Shown: positions 49,068-61,410, numbered from the stretch's first letter. The stretch: 64,000 nt of DNA from Alcaligenaceae bacterium (GCA_013205565.1 JABMMM010000174.1:2290-66289); one strand, 5' to 3'. The notes: generated by a model not told the origin, from the letters alone. Numbers and translations: made by a program.

Positions 49068-50264
49068 TTACGCCGTTTCGAGCGCTGGCGCTTCAGTCGC
49101 CACCGCGGCATCTTGCCAAGCTGGCTTCACCGTCAAGCGCGGCCCCTGCTCAGAGAACACCAGTGGCAGCATCAACAAAGAGACGCCGACGAAAGCACCG
49201 AGCTGGGCTCGAGGTGCCTGCGCCGCAAGACGCACGATGATTGGATCCTTTGCTTGTTTAGTTCGCACATGCACAAGCGTTTCAGAGCCTAAGTTCTCAA
49301 GATGCGAGACCACACCTTGCAGAGCAGCTTGCTCGACCGAAACCAGTGAACACTGCTCGCTTCTAAAGGCAATCACAACCCCTAGCCCATGCGGTGCATC
49401 CACATTCAGATCCAAATAACTTTGGGCCAAGGTCTCGTGTTCAGTCTCTGAGATTTCGAGCTTACCGTCGCGCACCCAGCCCTCAAGCATGTTGATCCGA
49501 GGGCTACCCACAAACTCAGCCACACGTAAATCACTAGGATTGCGATAAATTTCGTCAGGTGTGTCGTACTGAAGAATTGAGCCTTCGATCATCACTGCGA
49601 TACGATCTGACATCGTCAGTGCTTCGGCCTGATCGTGCGTGACATACAAAAACGTCGCACCAAGCGTGCGATGCAGCTGCGAGAGTTCGCTACGCATGTG
49701 CACGCGTAATTTCGCGTCAAGATTGGATAAGGGTTCATCCATCAAAAATGCCTCAGGCTTGCGCACCATGGCGCGCCCGAGCGCAACGCGTTGACGCTGA
49801 CCACCTGACAACTGGGCAGGCTTGCGGGGCAATAACGCTTGAATGCCAAGCGTGGCCGCAACTTCATGGATATCTTCGCGAATCTCTCGCTCAATCTTTT
49901 GCTGCAGGCGACTAAACAGACGCACACCGGGCAAACGCTGCCAAGCATTCAAACGGCGCATCCGCAGAGGGACAGCGATGTTGTCGTAGACGCTCAAATG
50001 CGGATAGAGCGCGTAAGACTGAAACACCATCGCAAGATCACGATCTTTCGGGTGCAGACGCGTCACGTCGTGCTGGCCCACCACGATCGAGCCGCGCTCT
50101 GCGACATCAAGCCCTGCGATCAAACGCAACAGTGTTGACTTGCCACAGCCCGAGGGGCCTAGCAAGGAGACAAACTCGCCATCTTTGATGGTCAGCGATA
50201 TGTCTTGTAAGACAGAAGTCGAGCCAAAAGACTTTGAGATTTTTTGAATGACAATTGCGGACAT
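49068..50264 (-). CDS. CUT1 ATPase (UgpC/MalK-like)
   Basis: GPSGCGKS, VFQSYALYPH, LSGGQRQ, MDEPLSNLDAKLR. Confidence 0.92.
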   Translation of the reverse strand: MSAIVIQKISKSFGSTSVLQDISLTIKDGEFVSLLGPSGCGKSTLLRLIAGLDVAERGSIVVGQHDVTRLHPKDRDLAMVFQSYALYPHLSVYDNIAVPLRMRRLNAWQRLPGVRLFSRLQQKIEREIREDIHEVAATLGIQALLPRKPAQLSGGQRQRVALGRAMVRKPEAFLMDEPLSNLDAKLRVHMRSELSQLHRTLGATFLYVTHDQAEALTMSDRIAVMIEGSILQYDTPDEIYRNPSDLRVAEFVGSPRINMLEGWVRDGKLEISETEHETLAQSYLDLNVDAPHGLGVVIAFRSEQCSLVSVEQAALQGVVSHLENLGSETLVHVRTKQAKDPIIVRLAAQAPRAQLGAFVGVSLLMLPLVFSEQGPRLTVKPAWQDAAVATEAPALETA

Positions 50265-50293
50265 GGCTCACACCTAAAATTCAAAGTGTGCAA

Positions 50294-50327
50294 ACCATAG
50301 CAAGCGCATATGACCAACGCGTTGCAA
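50294..50327 (-). promoter_or_regulatory. Pho-box promoter of the ugp-like operon
   Basis: TTGCAAC-GCGT-TGGTCAT (50327-50310), 10 nt, TATGGT. Confidence 0.65.
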
Positions 50328-50403
50328 TGCAGCATATCTTTTGCGCGCAGCGCCGTCACAACGATGTCATCAAGCCCGTTTCACGCAAAGCATGTCTGAG
50401 TGA

Positions 50404-50991
50404 CTAAATCATATTCAAGCGACGAATGCGTTGCGCGACGACTGCGGCGACAAGCGCTTTGAGCAAATCGCCTGGTAAAAAAACTACCATCGCCCAGCAG
50501 GCTTTGATCAGACCCATTTTTGTCACCAGCGCCAACCAGGGGATTCCGATTGCGTAAACCAACACGATCCCGCCCGCCATCGCTGCCAACGAATAGCGCG
50601 CAATTTGCCACCACGGTGTTGGCTTAAGCGTATCGTGCGAACTTGAATCTGCTTTTGACTTGTCATTGTGATCCAGCACAAGCGCCAGCCACCCAGTCAC
50701 GACTGCGCCTGGGATCATACCCAACAAGAAGCCAGCAGTCGGGCCCGCCAACACGGCCAAGCCGGCTCGCCCGCCTGGCAATACCGGCAGACCTAACAAG
50801 GCAATCATCACATAGAGCAGCAACACGAGCCCAGCCCGTGTGGGCCCCAAGATTAAGCCTGCCAGCATGACACCAAAGGTTTGTAAGGTCAGGGGGACCG
50901 GCACAAGCGGCATCGGGATCGGAGGTACCAGACCCAAGGCAATGATGAGAGCAGTGAACAACGCAATCAATACAACATCTTTTGTTTTCAA
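50404..50991 (-). CDS. bioY: Biotin ECF S component
   Basis: VPLTLQTFGV, GLPVLPGG, GPTAGFL, FLPGDLLK. Confidence 0.92.
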   Translation of the reverse strand: MKTKDVVLIALFTALIIALGLVPPIPMPLVPVPLTLQTFGVMLAGLILGPTRAGLVLLLYVMIALLGLPVLPGGRAGLAVLAGPTAGFLLGMIPGAVVTGWLALVLDHNDKSKADSSSHDTLKPTPWWQIARYSLAAMAGGIVLVYAIGIPWLALVTKMGLIKACWAMVVFLPGDLLKALVAAVVAQRIRRLNMI

Positions 50992-51039
50992 ATCAGCCTC
51001 TACTTGTTATCCGCAAATCTTCTGTTTTCAAATCAACCG

Positions 51040-51636
51040 CTATTGGCCGCGCGCGTCAATCGCCTCAGCAATTTCATCGGCGCGTCGCAGGGTACGAAGC
51101 AGCATCGGCACACCCATTGTCAGCGGACTCGGCGTCAAGCCTCTCGCGAGTTGAGCCTCGCGAATATCCTGCCACTGCACACCAAGCTCAGGGATCAAAC
51201 GTAGTGTCAGCCCAAAGCCTAGTGCTACCTTTTCGGCATCGACCCAACCTAAACGTTGCAACGGCCCCAACAACCACACAACGACTTGCATCATTTGCGT
51301 CAGCGGCGTGGTCATCGAGACGACCAACGCTGCAAGCACCATCGTGAACAACCGCAAGACCATTTCAAAGGCTTGCAAGACGCCTTGAGACCAAACAGAC
51401 AATCCGCCTAGCACTAGCAACATCCAAACGAGCGGGCGCAGCTGCTGCCAAACCTGCCGCAGCGATGCACCTGCACAGCGCACCGATAAGCATACTAGCG
51501 CACACGCCACCAATAAAAGCAGAGGCGAAGGCTCCCACATGAGTGCGCTGCTGCTCAACGCCAACACCGCCAACTTTAGGCCGGCGGGCGCACGGTGCAA
51601 CCAGGTGTTACCTGGCAAATAAAGTGATCCAAGCAT
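51040..51636 (-). CDS. bioN: ECF transmembrane component
   Basis: HRAPAGLKL, AQLARG, ADEIAEAIDARG. Confidence 0.88.
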   Translation of the reverse strand: MLGSLYLPGNTWLHRAPAGLKLAVLALSSSALMWEPSPLLLLVACALVCLSVRCAGASLRQVWQQLRPLVWMLLVLGGLSVWSQGVLQAFEMVLRLFTMVLAALVVSMTTPLTQMMQVVVWLLGPLQRLGWVDAEKVALGFGLTLRLIPELGVQWQDIREAQLARGLTPSPLTMGVPMLLRTLRRADEIAEAIDARGQ

Positions 51637-51640
51637 TTTT

Positions 51641-51752
51641 CAGTATTCGGTATTCAGTGTTCGGTGCTCAGTGTTCGGTGTTCAGTGTTCGGTGTTCAGT
51701 GTTCGGTGTTCAGTGCTCGGTGCTCAGTGTACGGTGCTCAGTGTTCAGTGTT
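51641..51752. repeat. Tandem repeat, 16 x 7 bp C(A/G)GTGTT-like, alternating CAG/CGG
   Basis: Counted directly: cagtatt cggtatt cagtgtt cggtgct cagtgtt cggtgtt ... cagtgtt cagtgtt (112 bp). Confidence 0.95.
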
Positions 51753-51761
51753 GTGTGAACA

Positions 51762-52439
51762 TCAGGCACACTGCGCTTGATACCAGGCCAGCGCCTCAGG
51801 TGGCGCGCCATCAAATGCCAAGCGCCCTTGATCAATCACCAGCACACGATTCATTTTCTGCATCAAGGCCAGATCGTGACTCACGACCACGGCGGGTTGC
51901 GGCAACCCCGCTAAATGCTGTTCAAACCGGTTACGCAAACGCAAATCAAGCTGGGTCGTGGGTTCGTCAAACACCAGTAGCTCTGGCTCAGTGGCGAGCA
52001 CCGCGGCCAAGGCCACTAATTGACGCTCACCGCCCGAGAGCGTGTGTACGCTACGCTCGGTTAAGTGACCTACCCCCAACCGTTCTAACGCTTCTTGGGC
52101 CCGCAACGTGCGCCGTTTAGGGTCAGGTTCGCGCCGCTTAAGCCCAAATTCAATATCTTCATGCACCACTGGAAACACAATCTGATTATCGGGGTTTTGA
52201 AAGACAAACCCAACTTTACGGCGCACTGCCGCCACGTCGCGCCCGGTATCGAGCCCGTCCACGCAGACTTGACCCGTTTTAGGCAAAAGCAGGCCGTTAA
52301 TCAACCTGACCAAAGAGCTTTTACCCGAGCCATTGGGGCCAAGGACACCAATGCGTGCCTCAGACAGGGTCAGATTCAGGTCGGCTAACACTAACCGGCC
52401 CTCGCGCTCGACAGAAACGTTTTTAAACTCGATTAACAT
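51762..52439 (-). CDS. bioM: ECF ATPase
   Basis: GPNGSGKSS, VFQNPDNQI, LSGGE, FDEPTT. Confidence 0.9.
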   Translation of the reverse strand: MLIEFKNVSVEREGRLVLADLNLTLSEARIGVLGPNGSGKSSLVRLINGLLLPKTGQVCVDGLDTGRDVAAVRRKVGFVFQNPDNQIVFPVVHEDIEFGLKRREPDPKRRTLRAQEALERLGVGHLTERSVHTLSGGERQLVALAAVLATEPELLVFDEPTTQLDLRLRNRFEQHLAGLPQPAVVVSHDLALMQKMNRVLVIDQGRLAFDGAPPEALAWYQAQCA

Positions 52440-52624
52440 GGAGGTCGATTATGCCCGAGAACCCTCGGCAAACACCCGTTACATCGTAAAATGCACATTG
52501 GTGGCGGTCTGCAACCAGCACAACGGCGGGTTTTGCCCCGTTATTCCAAAGAGTGACCGAGCGGGATCGAACTTTTACCAATTTGCCTAGAACTTTTTTC
52601 AAACTCTGCACTCGAAGCATCAAC

Positions 52625-53023
52625 ATGAAAAAAATCATCAAAACCGACGCCGAATGGAAAGCCCAACTTTCCTCAGAAGAATATTACGTTGCGCGCCAAA
52701 AAGGCACTGAGCGGCCGTTTACAGGGCGTTATTGGGATCACAATGAATCTGGCGTTTATCGTTGCATAGGCTGTAGCACCGCACTGTTCGCTTCTGACAC
52801 CAAGTTTGATGCCGGCTGCGGCTGGCCAAGCTATTTTGTGGCTATCGACGGTGACAATGTGCGCGAAGAAACCGACAGCACGCACGGCATGCGTCGCACT
52901 GAAGTGTTATGCAATGTCTGCGACAGCCACCTTGGGCATGTGTTTCCGGATGGCCCGCCCCCAACCGGTTTGCGCTATTGCATTAACTCACTTTCACTGA
53001 CTTTTGAGCCTCTCAAGCCTTAA
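52625..53023 (+). CDS. msrB: Methionine-R-sulfoxide reductase
   Basis: [29 protein letters not shown]; start moved to 52625. Confidence 0.96.
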   Translation: MKKIIKTDAEWKAQLSSEEYYVARQKGTERPFTGRYWDHNESGVYRCIGCSTALFASDTKFDAGCGWPSYFVAIDGDNVREETDSTHGMRRTEVLCNVCDSHLGHVFPDGPPPTGLRYCINSLSLTFEPLKP

Positions 53024-53065
53024 GGTCATCCTCGCCCCGCGCGGCGAGGTTTTACAAAGCAAACC

Positions 53066-53623
53066 ATGAAAAAATTCCTCTTTGACCTGTTTCCGCTGAT
53101 TTTATTTTTTGTGGCCTACAAGTTTGCCGATATCTATGTCGCCACGGGCGTTGCGATGTCCGCAGCGATTTTGCAGATTCTGTGGATCAAATTTACGGGC
53201 AAGCCAATCGAGGGGATGCACTGGATCAATCTTGGCGTGATCGTGGTGTTTGGCGGCGCCACCCTTTGGTTTAAGGACGACGCCTTCATCAAATGGAAGC
53301 CGACCATGCTGTATTGGCTCTTTGGTGGCGTGTTGTTAATCAGTCAGCTACTTTTGGGTCGTAACCTGATGCAAAAACTGCTTGGCGAAAAAATCTCAAT
53401 GGCCACGACGGCCTGGAACCGCCTGAACTTAAGCTGGGCGCTGTTCTTTATCGCCGCAGGTGCAATCAACCTCTTTGTTGCATTTTCGGGCTATTTCACC
53501 ACGGATCAATGGGTCAACTTTAAGGTATTCGGACTGATGGGATTGCTCATTGCCTTTGTGATCGGGCAGTCGGTCTGGCTCGGCAAACACATTGAAAACA
53601 AAGACAGCGAACCTAAGCCATGA
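53066..53623 (+). CDS. yciB: Inner membrane protein YciB/IspZ
   Basis: MKKFLFDLFP, FIKWKPT, WVNFKVFG. Confidence 0.94.
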   Translation: MKKFLFDLFPLILFFVAYKFADIYVATGVAMSAAILQILWIKFTGKPIEGMHWINLGVIVVFGGATLWFKDDAFIKWKPTMLYWLFGGVLLISQLLLGRNLMQKLLGEKISMATTAWNRLNLSWALFFIAAGAINLFVAFSGYFTTDQWVNFKVFGLMGLLIAFVIGQSVWLGKHIENKDSEPKP

Positions 53624-53928
53624 CCGTTTTGCCACCTCACTCAGGCACTGCTCGCAGCAATCCCCATCTGACGCTCCTGCAAGAGCGTCTGGCCGCGCTT
53701 AACGCCAGCGAACTCGATATTCAAGACGAGTCTCATCTACATGCCGGGCACGCCGGTAATCCAGGCGGGGCCAGCCATTTTCGGGCCACGATTGTGGCCG
53801 AATGCTTTTCTAACCGGCCGATGGTTGCGCAACATCGTCTGGTGTATGATCTTGTGCGCGATTTAATCCCACACCCGATTCACGCACTTGCGCTCACGAC
53901 TCGGGCGCCCTCCAAAGGAAATTCATGA
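53620..53928 (+). CDS. bolA: BolA family protein
   Basis: DESHLHAGH, SHF, HRLVY, IHALAL. Confidence 0.92.
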   Translation: MTVLPPHSGTARSNPHLTLLQERLAALNASELDIQDESHLHAGHAGNPGGASHFRATIVAECFSNRPMVAQHRLVYDLVRDLIPHPIHALALTTRAPSKGNS

Positions 53929-54704
53929 AACGTATCATCATGCTCGCCGCCTCACTGGCGCTTGCAGCACCACTTTATGCACAAAATGTGGCAACCGTAA
54001 ACGGCAAGCCAATTACCCAAGAAAGCGTCGATCAGTTTGTCAAACTCTTGGTCAGTCAAGGTCAGGGCGCTACCGACACGCCAGAGCTACGCGAGCAGGT
54101 CAAAGACGAACTCATTAATCGTCAAGTCATGGTGCAAGCCGCTGAAAAAGCTGGCATCGCCAAAGACCCCACCGTGGCGATTCAGCTCGAGCTCAGCCGT
54201 CAAGGGATTATGGTTCAGGCCTTAATGACTGATTACGTCAAAAAGAACCCTGTCACTGAAGCCACTGCAAAAGTCGAATACGACAAACTCAAAAAAGCCG
54301 AAGACGGTAAATTTGAATATAACGTGCGCCACATTTTGGTTGACGACGAAAAAGTCGCCAACGATATTCAAGCCAAACTCAAAGCCAAATCGGCGAAGTT
54401 TGAAGATCTTGCCAAGCAGTCAAAAGACACCGGCTCGGCTGAAAAAGGTGGTGATCTTGGTTGGGCGCCCAACACAAACTATGTTGAGCCCTTTGCTAAA
54501 GCAGTCGCCGCAACCAAAAAGGGTCAGCTCGCCACGGCACCGGTTCAGTCACAATACGGCTGGCACGTGATTGAAGTCATTGATGTTCGCGCCATTGAGT
54601 TTCCACCCTTTGAGCAAGTTCGCCCTCAGCTCGAAGAGATGATGAAGCAAACTGCCCTATCAACCTTTCAAGCCGAACTGCGCGGCAAGGCAACGATTAA
54701 GTAA
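53925..54704 (+). CDS. Periplasmic parvulin-type peptidyl-prolyl isomerase
   Basis: Signal peptide; HILV, SKD.GS...GGDLGW, YGWHVI. Confidence 0.9.
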   Translation: MKRIIMLAASLALAAPLYAQNVATVNGKPITQESVDQFVKLLVSQGQGATDTPELREQVKDELINRQVMVQAAEKAGIAKDPTVAIQLELSRQGIMVQALMTDYVKKNPVTEATAKVEYDKLKKAEDGKFEYNVRHILVDDEKVANDIQAKLKAKSAKFEDLAKQSKDTGSAEKGGDLGWAPNTNYVEPFAKAVAATKKGQLATAPVQSQYGWHVIEVIDVRAIEFPPFEQVRPQLEEMMKQTALSTFQAELRGKATIK

Positions 54705-54734
54705 GCTAAGGTTAGGCTAGCCACTGAGGTGATT

Positions 54735-54762
54735 AAAGGGCGTCTTCCAAAGACGCCCTTTT
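54735..54762. terminator. Bidirectional intrinsic terminator
   Basis: AAAGGGCGTCTT-CCA-AAGACGCCCTTT(T) between the convergent PPIase and ligA genes. Confidence 0.85.
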
Positions 54763-54768
54763 CTTTGT

Positions 54769-56817
<2,049 letters not shown>

Positions 56818-57864
56818 TTAAACAAATACGCGCAAGGCGCGCGCGCCACCAGCATGAAAGCCAGCGTGTTCAAGGTTGACGTAGACGGTTTTTAGTTGCT
56901 CGTCAATTAAAGACTCGGCGCCAGGCTGCAGCCCGCGATCTTGATCATCGACCAACTCAGCGCCCAAGCGTCGCGCGAGTTCTTGTCCGATTTCTGTCAT
57001 ACGGCCAAACGCACGCGTATCAACGGGGCTGCGCGGAACATCGAGCAACAGACTTAAACGATCTACGCCAGCCATCCCCGCATCAAACGACTCTTCGTCG
57101 GCGCGCGAAAGCGTAAAACAAACAAAGCCATGATCGCCCAGCCAGGCGAACCGACCTTGGTACGCCACGAAACCCATGGCCTGCGCGGCCTGAGTCACAT
57201 CGGCCACCGAACGCACGCCGGTCAACAGCAGCGTCAAGCCCACTTGCGTGTCGAGCCCTGCACAGACCTGATCCAGGCGCTGCGCCAGCGCAACCACTTG
57301 CTGCTGTTCGGGGGCCTCAAGCGTGCACTCAAACTGATCAGCTAAGGTTTGAGCACGTGTAAAAATTTGTGACCACTCAATCGCACTTAAGGGACCACTA
57401 CGATTGGCTAACAACACCGCTAACTGCACCGAGAGATACTGGCCTTGGGGGTCGATCTGTAACGCGTGCTGGCCCTCACTGTTTTCGACAAAAATTCTGA
57501 CCGCTTTGCGGCCAGCCACCCGCAGTGGCATGAGCAAGGGTGCAAGATCTTCGCCTGTCATGGGGCCTTGAAAACTTAACTCAATGACTGCCTCAGTGGC
57601 CGAGTCTGGCTCTTGCGCATCGGCATTTTGCGCGCTGGGCGTACCCCCGGTGAAGGGTAAGACCACGCCCCCGACGCCCAAGCCGGGCTCGCGGCGCACA
57701 CCGTCACTTGAACCGCCATCGCCAAAAAGAGGATCTTGCTCAATTTTTGGTAACTCGGCCTGCATGCGCCTGCGCACACGTAAATCTTGAAACCAATTAA
57801 AGCCCAGCAGCAACAAGATGACCGCTGCACCCAAGACAATCAAATAGAGTTGCAACTCGCTCAT
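56818..57864 (-). CDS. zipA: Cell division protein ZipA (betaproteobacterial type)
   Basis: N-terminal TM, RREP motif, LLLDVP, LVDD, ARALRVF; located between ligA and smc. Confidence 0.85.
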   Translation of the reverse strand: MSELQLYLIVLGAAVILLLLGFNWFQDLRVRRRMQAELPKIEQDPLFGDGGSSDGVRREPGLGVGGVVLPFTGGTPSAQNADAQEPDSATEAVIELSFQGPMTGEDLAPLLMPLRVAGRKAVRIFVENSEGQHALQIDPQGQYLSVQLAVLLANRSGPLSAIEWSQIFTRAQTLADQFECTLEAPEQQQVVALAQRLDQVCAGLDTQVGLTLLLTGVRSVADVTQAAQAMGFVAYQGRFAWLGDHGFVCFTLSRADEESFDAGMAGVDRLSLLLDVPRSPVDTRAFGRMTEIGQELARRLGAELVDDQDRGLQPGAESLIDEQLKTVYVNLEHAGFHAGGARALRVFV

Positions 57865-57879
57865 ATATAAGCCCTAGAA

Positions 57880-60800
57880 TTAAGCCGCTTCGGCTGCAAG
57901 TTGCAGTGCCGAATCGATATCAACTGCCACAATTCTTGAGACACCTTGCTCTTGCATGGTGACACCAATCAGTTGCCGTGCCATCTGCATGGCGATCTTG
58001 TTATGCGAGATAAACAGAAACTGCGTGTGCTCTGCCATACTGCCAACCAAATTAGCATACCGCTCAGTATTGGCGTCATCAAGCGGCGCGTCAACCTCAT
58101 CGAGCAAGCAAAACGGCGCTGGGTTGAGTTTAAACAACGCAAAGACCAGCGCTGTCGCGGTAAGCGCTTTTTCGCCCCCCGACAGCAGATGAATCGAGGT
58201 AGTGCGTTTTCCGGGTGGCTGAGCCATGACTTGCACACCGGCGTCTAAAATCTCGTCGCCCGTCATGATTAAGCGCGCCTCGCCTCCGCCAAAAAGCTTG
58301 GGAAACAACTCGCCAAAGTGCGTATTCACCTCGTTAAAGGTGTTTTGCAACAAATCACGGGTTTCACGATCAATCTTGTGGATTGCGTCTTCGAGGGTAT
58401 TGATGGCTGTTTGCAGATCCAAAAACTGCGCATCAAGATAGCTTTTACGTTCGCGCGACTCGTTGAGTTCGTCTAGCGCCGCCAAATTCACGGATCCCAG
58501 ACTTTCAATTTTTTTAGTGATGCGTTGAACTTCAGTTTGCAGCCAGGCCGGGCGCGACCACTCTTGGGGTTGGTCAGCCAGAGAGGCCTGCACGGCCGCG
58601 CGGTCGACCTGGCGCTCGTTGAGTTGCTCTGCAAATTGTTCGGCAGCCAAACGAGCCGCTTGCTCTTGTAACTGCAACTGCATAATACGTTCTCGACGCG
58701 GTTCGAGAGACCGTTCAAGCGTCAGACGCTCTTCGTCAGCCTCGCGTAGCTGGGCGGCCAACGTATCCATCTCGATGCGAGCCAGACCCAGAACCTCTTC
58801 GCGTTCCGCTCTCAATTCGAGGGTGTCTTGTAGACCCGCCTCGGCCGCGGCGGCATCCAGCGTGGTGAGCTCGGCCTCAAGGCTTAGCAGCTCTTGTTGT
58901 GCCCGTGTGTTTTGTTCGGTGGCGAGTTGCAAATTACGTTGCAGCTCAGCGATACGAGACCGAATCCCGCGTTCGTTAAATTCAGCCTCTTGCGCACCGC
59001 GTTCTTGATCACGCAGGAGATTGCGCGCGGTGTCGGCTTCGTCAGCCAGGGCTTCGCCCGCAAGCTCGGCCTCAGAGTAAACCTCTTGCAAGGTAGCGAT
59101 CTCGGTATCGAGTTCTTCGAAACGCGTCTCGGCCTCTAGCTTGGTGGCCGTTAATTCTTCTTGTTGCGAAGCCACCTCTGCCAGATCTTGTTCGAGTCGC
59201 CCCGAGCGATCACGGGTTTGCTCAAGCTGCTGCTGCAAGCGCGTGTGTTCAAGCTGTACATCATGCAGGCGACGGGTGATTTCACCCACCCGCTGGCGCA
59301 ACGGTGGCAAGGCCTGCGAAACCTGCTGCCAGGCGGACTCTGCCCGAGCAACTGCCGAACGCGACTGGTCAGCGATCAGCTGGCGTGCTTTGATTTCGCG
59401 CTGCAGGTTTTCGATCTCTTGCTGGCGCGCTAACAGACCCGCCTGCTCAGAATCTGCTGCATAAAAGCGCACGCTGTGTGCATCGACCAAATGTCCGCCC
59501 TGCACCACGAGCAAAGCGCCCGCTGCAAGCGAGGCGCGCTGCGCCAGGGCCTCGGTCATATCTTTAGCGATAAAGACGTGCCCCAGCCAAGACTGCAAGA
59601 GCGTGCGCAGTTCAGGGTCGCTGATGCGCAATAAGGTCGTCAACGGTGTGAACCCAGCGGGCGCGGGTGCAGCCGCGGCTGCCACAGGTAACTGATAAAA
59701 CGCCAAACGTGCGGGGGGTACATCGGCCGCGAAAGCGCGCACCCAATCTAAGCTACGCACCTCAAGACCGGTCATGCGTTCGTTGAGCACGGCTTCGATC
59801 GCGGTCTCCCAGCCGGGCTCGACCTGAATCTTTTGCCATAAACGACCCAGAGTCGTCAGTTCGTGCTTAGCCAGCCAGGGCTCAAGCGCACCCTTCTTTT
59901 GTACGTCTTCTTGCAGACGCACCAACGCCGATAAGCGAGCGTCTAAGCGCGCCAGGGCTTCGGCCTCGGCTAAGGCGGTTTGCTGCGCCTGATTGCGTTG
60001 GGTGTCGGCCTGCGGCAAACGATCTTCGAGTTCGACGAGTTTGGCTTGCGCCTCGTCGAGCAGCTCTTCAACAGACACTTTGTCGCCCGTGAGTTGCCCG
60101 AGTTTGGCTAAGTCTGGCGACTCAACGCCTTTGAGTTCTTGCGTTAAGCGCTCGCGGCGCAGTTCAAGTGCCTGCAGTTGCCGGTCAGCATCGCGCTGCG
60201 TTTGTGCGGCAAGTGCCAGACTTTGTTCAACCCGAGCAAGATTCACGCGTAACTCTTCGCGTGCAAAAGCCGCCTCGCGCACGCGCGACTCGATCTCGGG
60301 CAAACCGGCTTGAGCGACCAACGCTAGTTCTCGTGCTTGCTCAGCGCGCGCAGCGCTGGTCGCGAGTTCGTCTTCGCCATCCAGAATTTGCTGCTGACAA
60401 TGCTCGCGCTGAGATTCCCATTCGGTAGTTTGCACTTGCAATTGCGCGCGCCGTGTTTGCACCCGATTACGAGACTCGACCACGTGTCGGATCTCGGCCT
60501 CGAGGCTGCTGACTTTTGCGTTGGCTTCGTATAAAGCACCCTGCGCGGCATGCACCGCGTCACCTGCCGCATAGTGGGCTTGACGGCGTGACTCTAACGC
60601 GGCCTCGCTTGCCCTTAAAGCAGCGGTAGAGGCCTCGAGCTCGGTATGCGCGCGTTCGATATTTTGTTGAGTCGCCTCACGCTCTTTTTGAGCGGCGGCC
60701 TCTTTGAGAAACCAAAGGGCGGCTTGCTTGGCCTCACCTTCGCTTTGCAAGCCACGATATTCGCGTGCGACTTTGGCCTGACCCTCAAGTTTTTCGAGTT

Positions 60801-61410
60801 GCGAACCCAGTTCACGCAAAATATCTTCGACCCGGACTAGATTTTCGCGCGTGTCAGACAAGCGGTTTTCGGTTTCGCGACGGCGCTCTTTGTAGCGCGA
60901 CACGCCAGCGGCTTCTTCGAGATACACACGCAACTCTTCTGGCTTGGCCTCGATCAGGCGGTTGATCATGCCCTGACCAATGATGGCGTAGCCACGCGAG
61001 CCTAACCCGGTTCCCAGAAAAATATCGTGTACGTCGCGACGGCGCACTTGCTGATTATTAATAAAGTAACTACTGGTGCCATCACGGGTTAAAACTCGAC
61101 GCACGGCGATTTCGCCATAACTCGCCCACTGCCCGGTGGCGCGACCGTCGGCGTTATCAAATACCAATTCGACCGAGGCCCGCGCAGAGGCTTTGCGTTG
61201 GCTTGAACCGCTAAAAATCACGTCTTGCATCGACTCGCCACGCAGCTCAGAGGCGCGACTTTCGCCCATGACCCAGCGTACAGCATCAATGATGTTCGAT
61301 TTACCGCAACCATTGGGGCCCACGACGCCGACTAACTGGCTGGGGGTCGGGATCACGGTCGGATCGACAAAGGATTTGAAGCCGGCAAGTTTGATCTGAG
61401 TCAGGCGCAC
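57880..61410 (-). CDS. smc: Chromosome segregation ATPase SMC
   Basis: GFKSF, GPNGCGKSN, coiled coils, LSGGEK, LDEVDAPLD; GTG start at 61410. Confidence 0.97.
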   Translation of the reverse strand: MRLTQIKLAGFKSFVDPTVIPTPSQLVGVVGPNGCGKSNIIDAVRWVMGESRASELRGESMQDVIFSGSSQRKASARASVELVFDNADGRATGQWASYGEIAVRRVLTRDGTSSYFINNQQVRRRDVHDIFLGTGLGSRGYAIIGQGMINRLIEAKPEELRVYLEEAAGVSRYKERRRETENRLSDTRENLVRVEDILRELGSQLEKLEGQAKVAREYRGLQSEGEAKQAALWFLKEAAAQKEREATQQNIERAHTELEASTAALRASEAALESRRQAHYAAGDAVHAAQGALYEANAKVSSLEAEIRHVVESRNRVQTRRAQLQVQTTEWESQREHCQQQILDGEDELATSAARAEQARELALVAQAGLPEIESRVREAAFAREELRVNLARVEQSLALAAQTQRDADRQLQALELRRERLTQELKGVESPDLAKLGQLTGDKVSVEELLDEAQAKLVELEDRLPQADTQRNQAQQTALAEAEALARLDARLSALVRLQEDVQKKGALEPWLAKHELTTLGRLWQKIQVEPGWETAIEAVLNERMTGLEVRSLDWVRAFAADVPPARLAFYQLPVAAAAAPAPAGFTPLTTLLRISDPELRTLLQSWLGHVFIAKDMTEALAQRASLAAGALLVVQGGHLVDAHSVRFYAADSEQAGLLARQQEIENLQREIKARQLIADQSRSAVARAESAWQQVSQALPPLRQRVGEITRRLHDVQLEHTRLQQQLEQTRDRSGRLEQDLAEVASQQEELTATKLEAETRFEELDTEIATLQEVYSEAELAGEALADEADTARNLLRDQERGAQEAEFNERGIRSRIAELQRNLQLATEQNTRAQQELLSLEAELTTLDAAAAEAGLQDTLELRAEREEVLGLARIEMDTLAAQLREADEERLTLERSLEPRRERIMQLQLQEQAARLAAEQFAEQLNERQVDRAAVQASLADQPQEWSRPAWLQTEVQRITKKIESLGSVNLAALDELNESRERKSYLDAQFLDLQTAINTLEDAIHKIDRETRDLLQNTFNEVNTHFGELFPKLFGGGEARLIMTGDEILDAGVQVMAQPPGKRTTSIHLLSGGEKALTATALVFALFKLNPAPFCLLDEVDAPLDDANTERYANLVGSMAEHTQFLFISHNKIAMQMARQLIGVTMQEQGVSRIVAVDIDSALQLAAEAA

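Noticed and set aside
51543-52120. ORFs with SVFSVRCSV/VQCSV repeats
   Set aside because: Translations of the heptamer repeat, antisense to bioM/bioN
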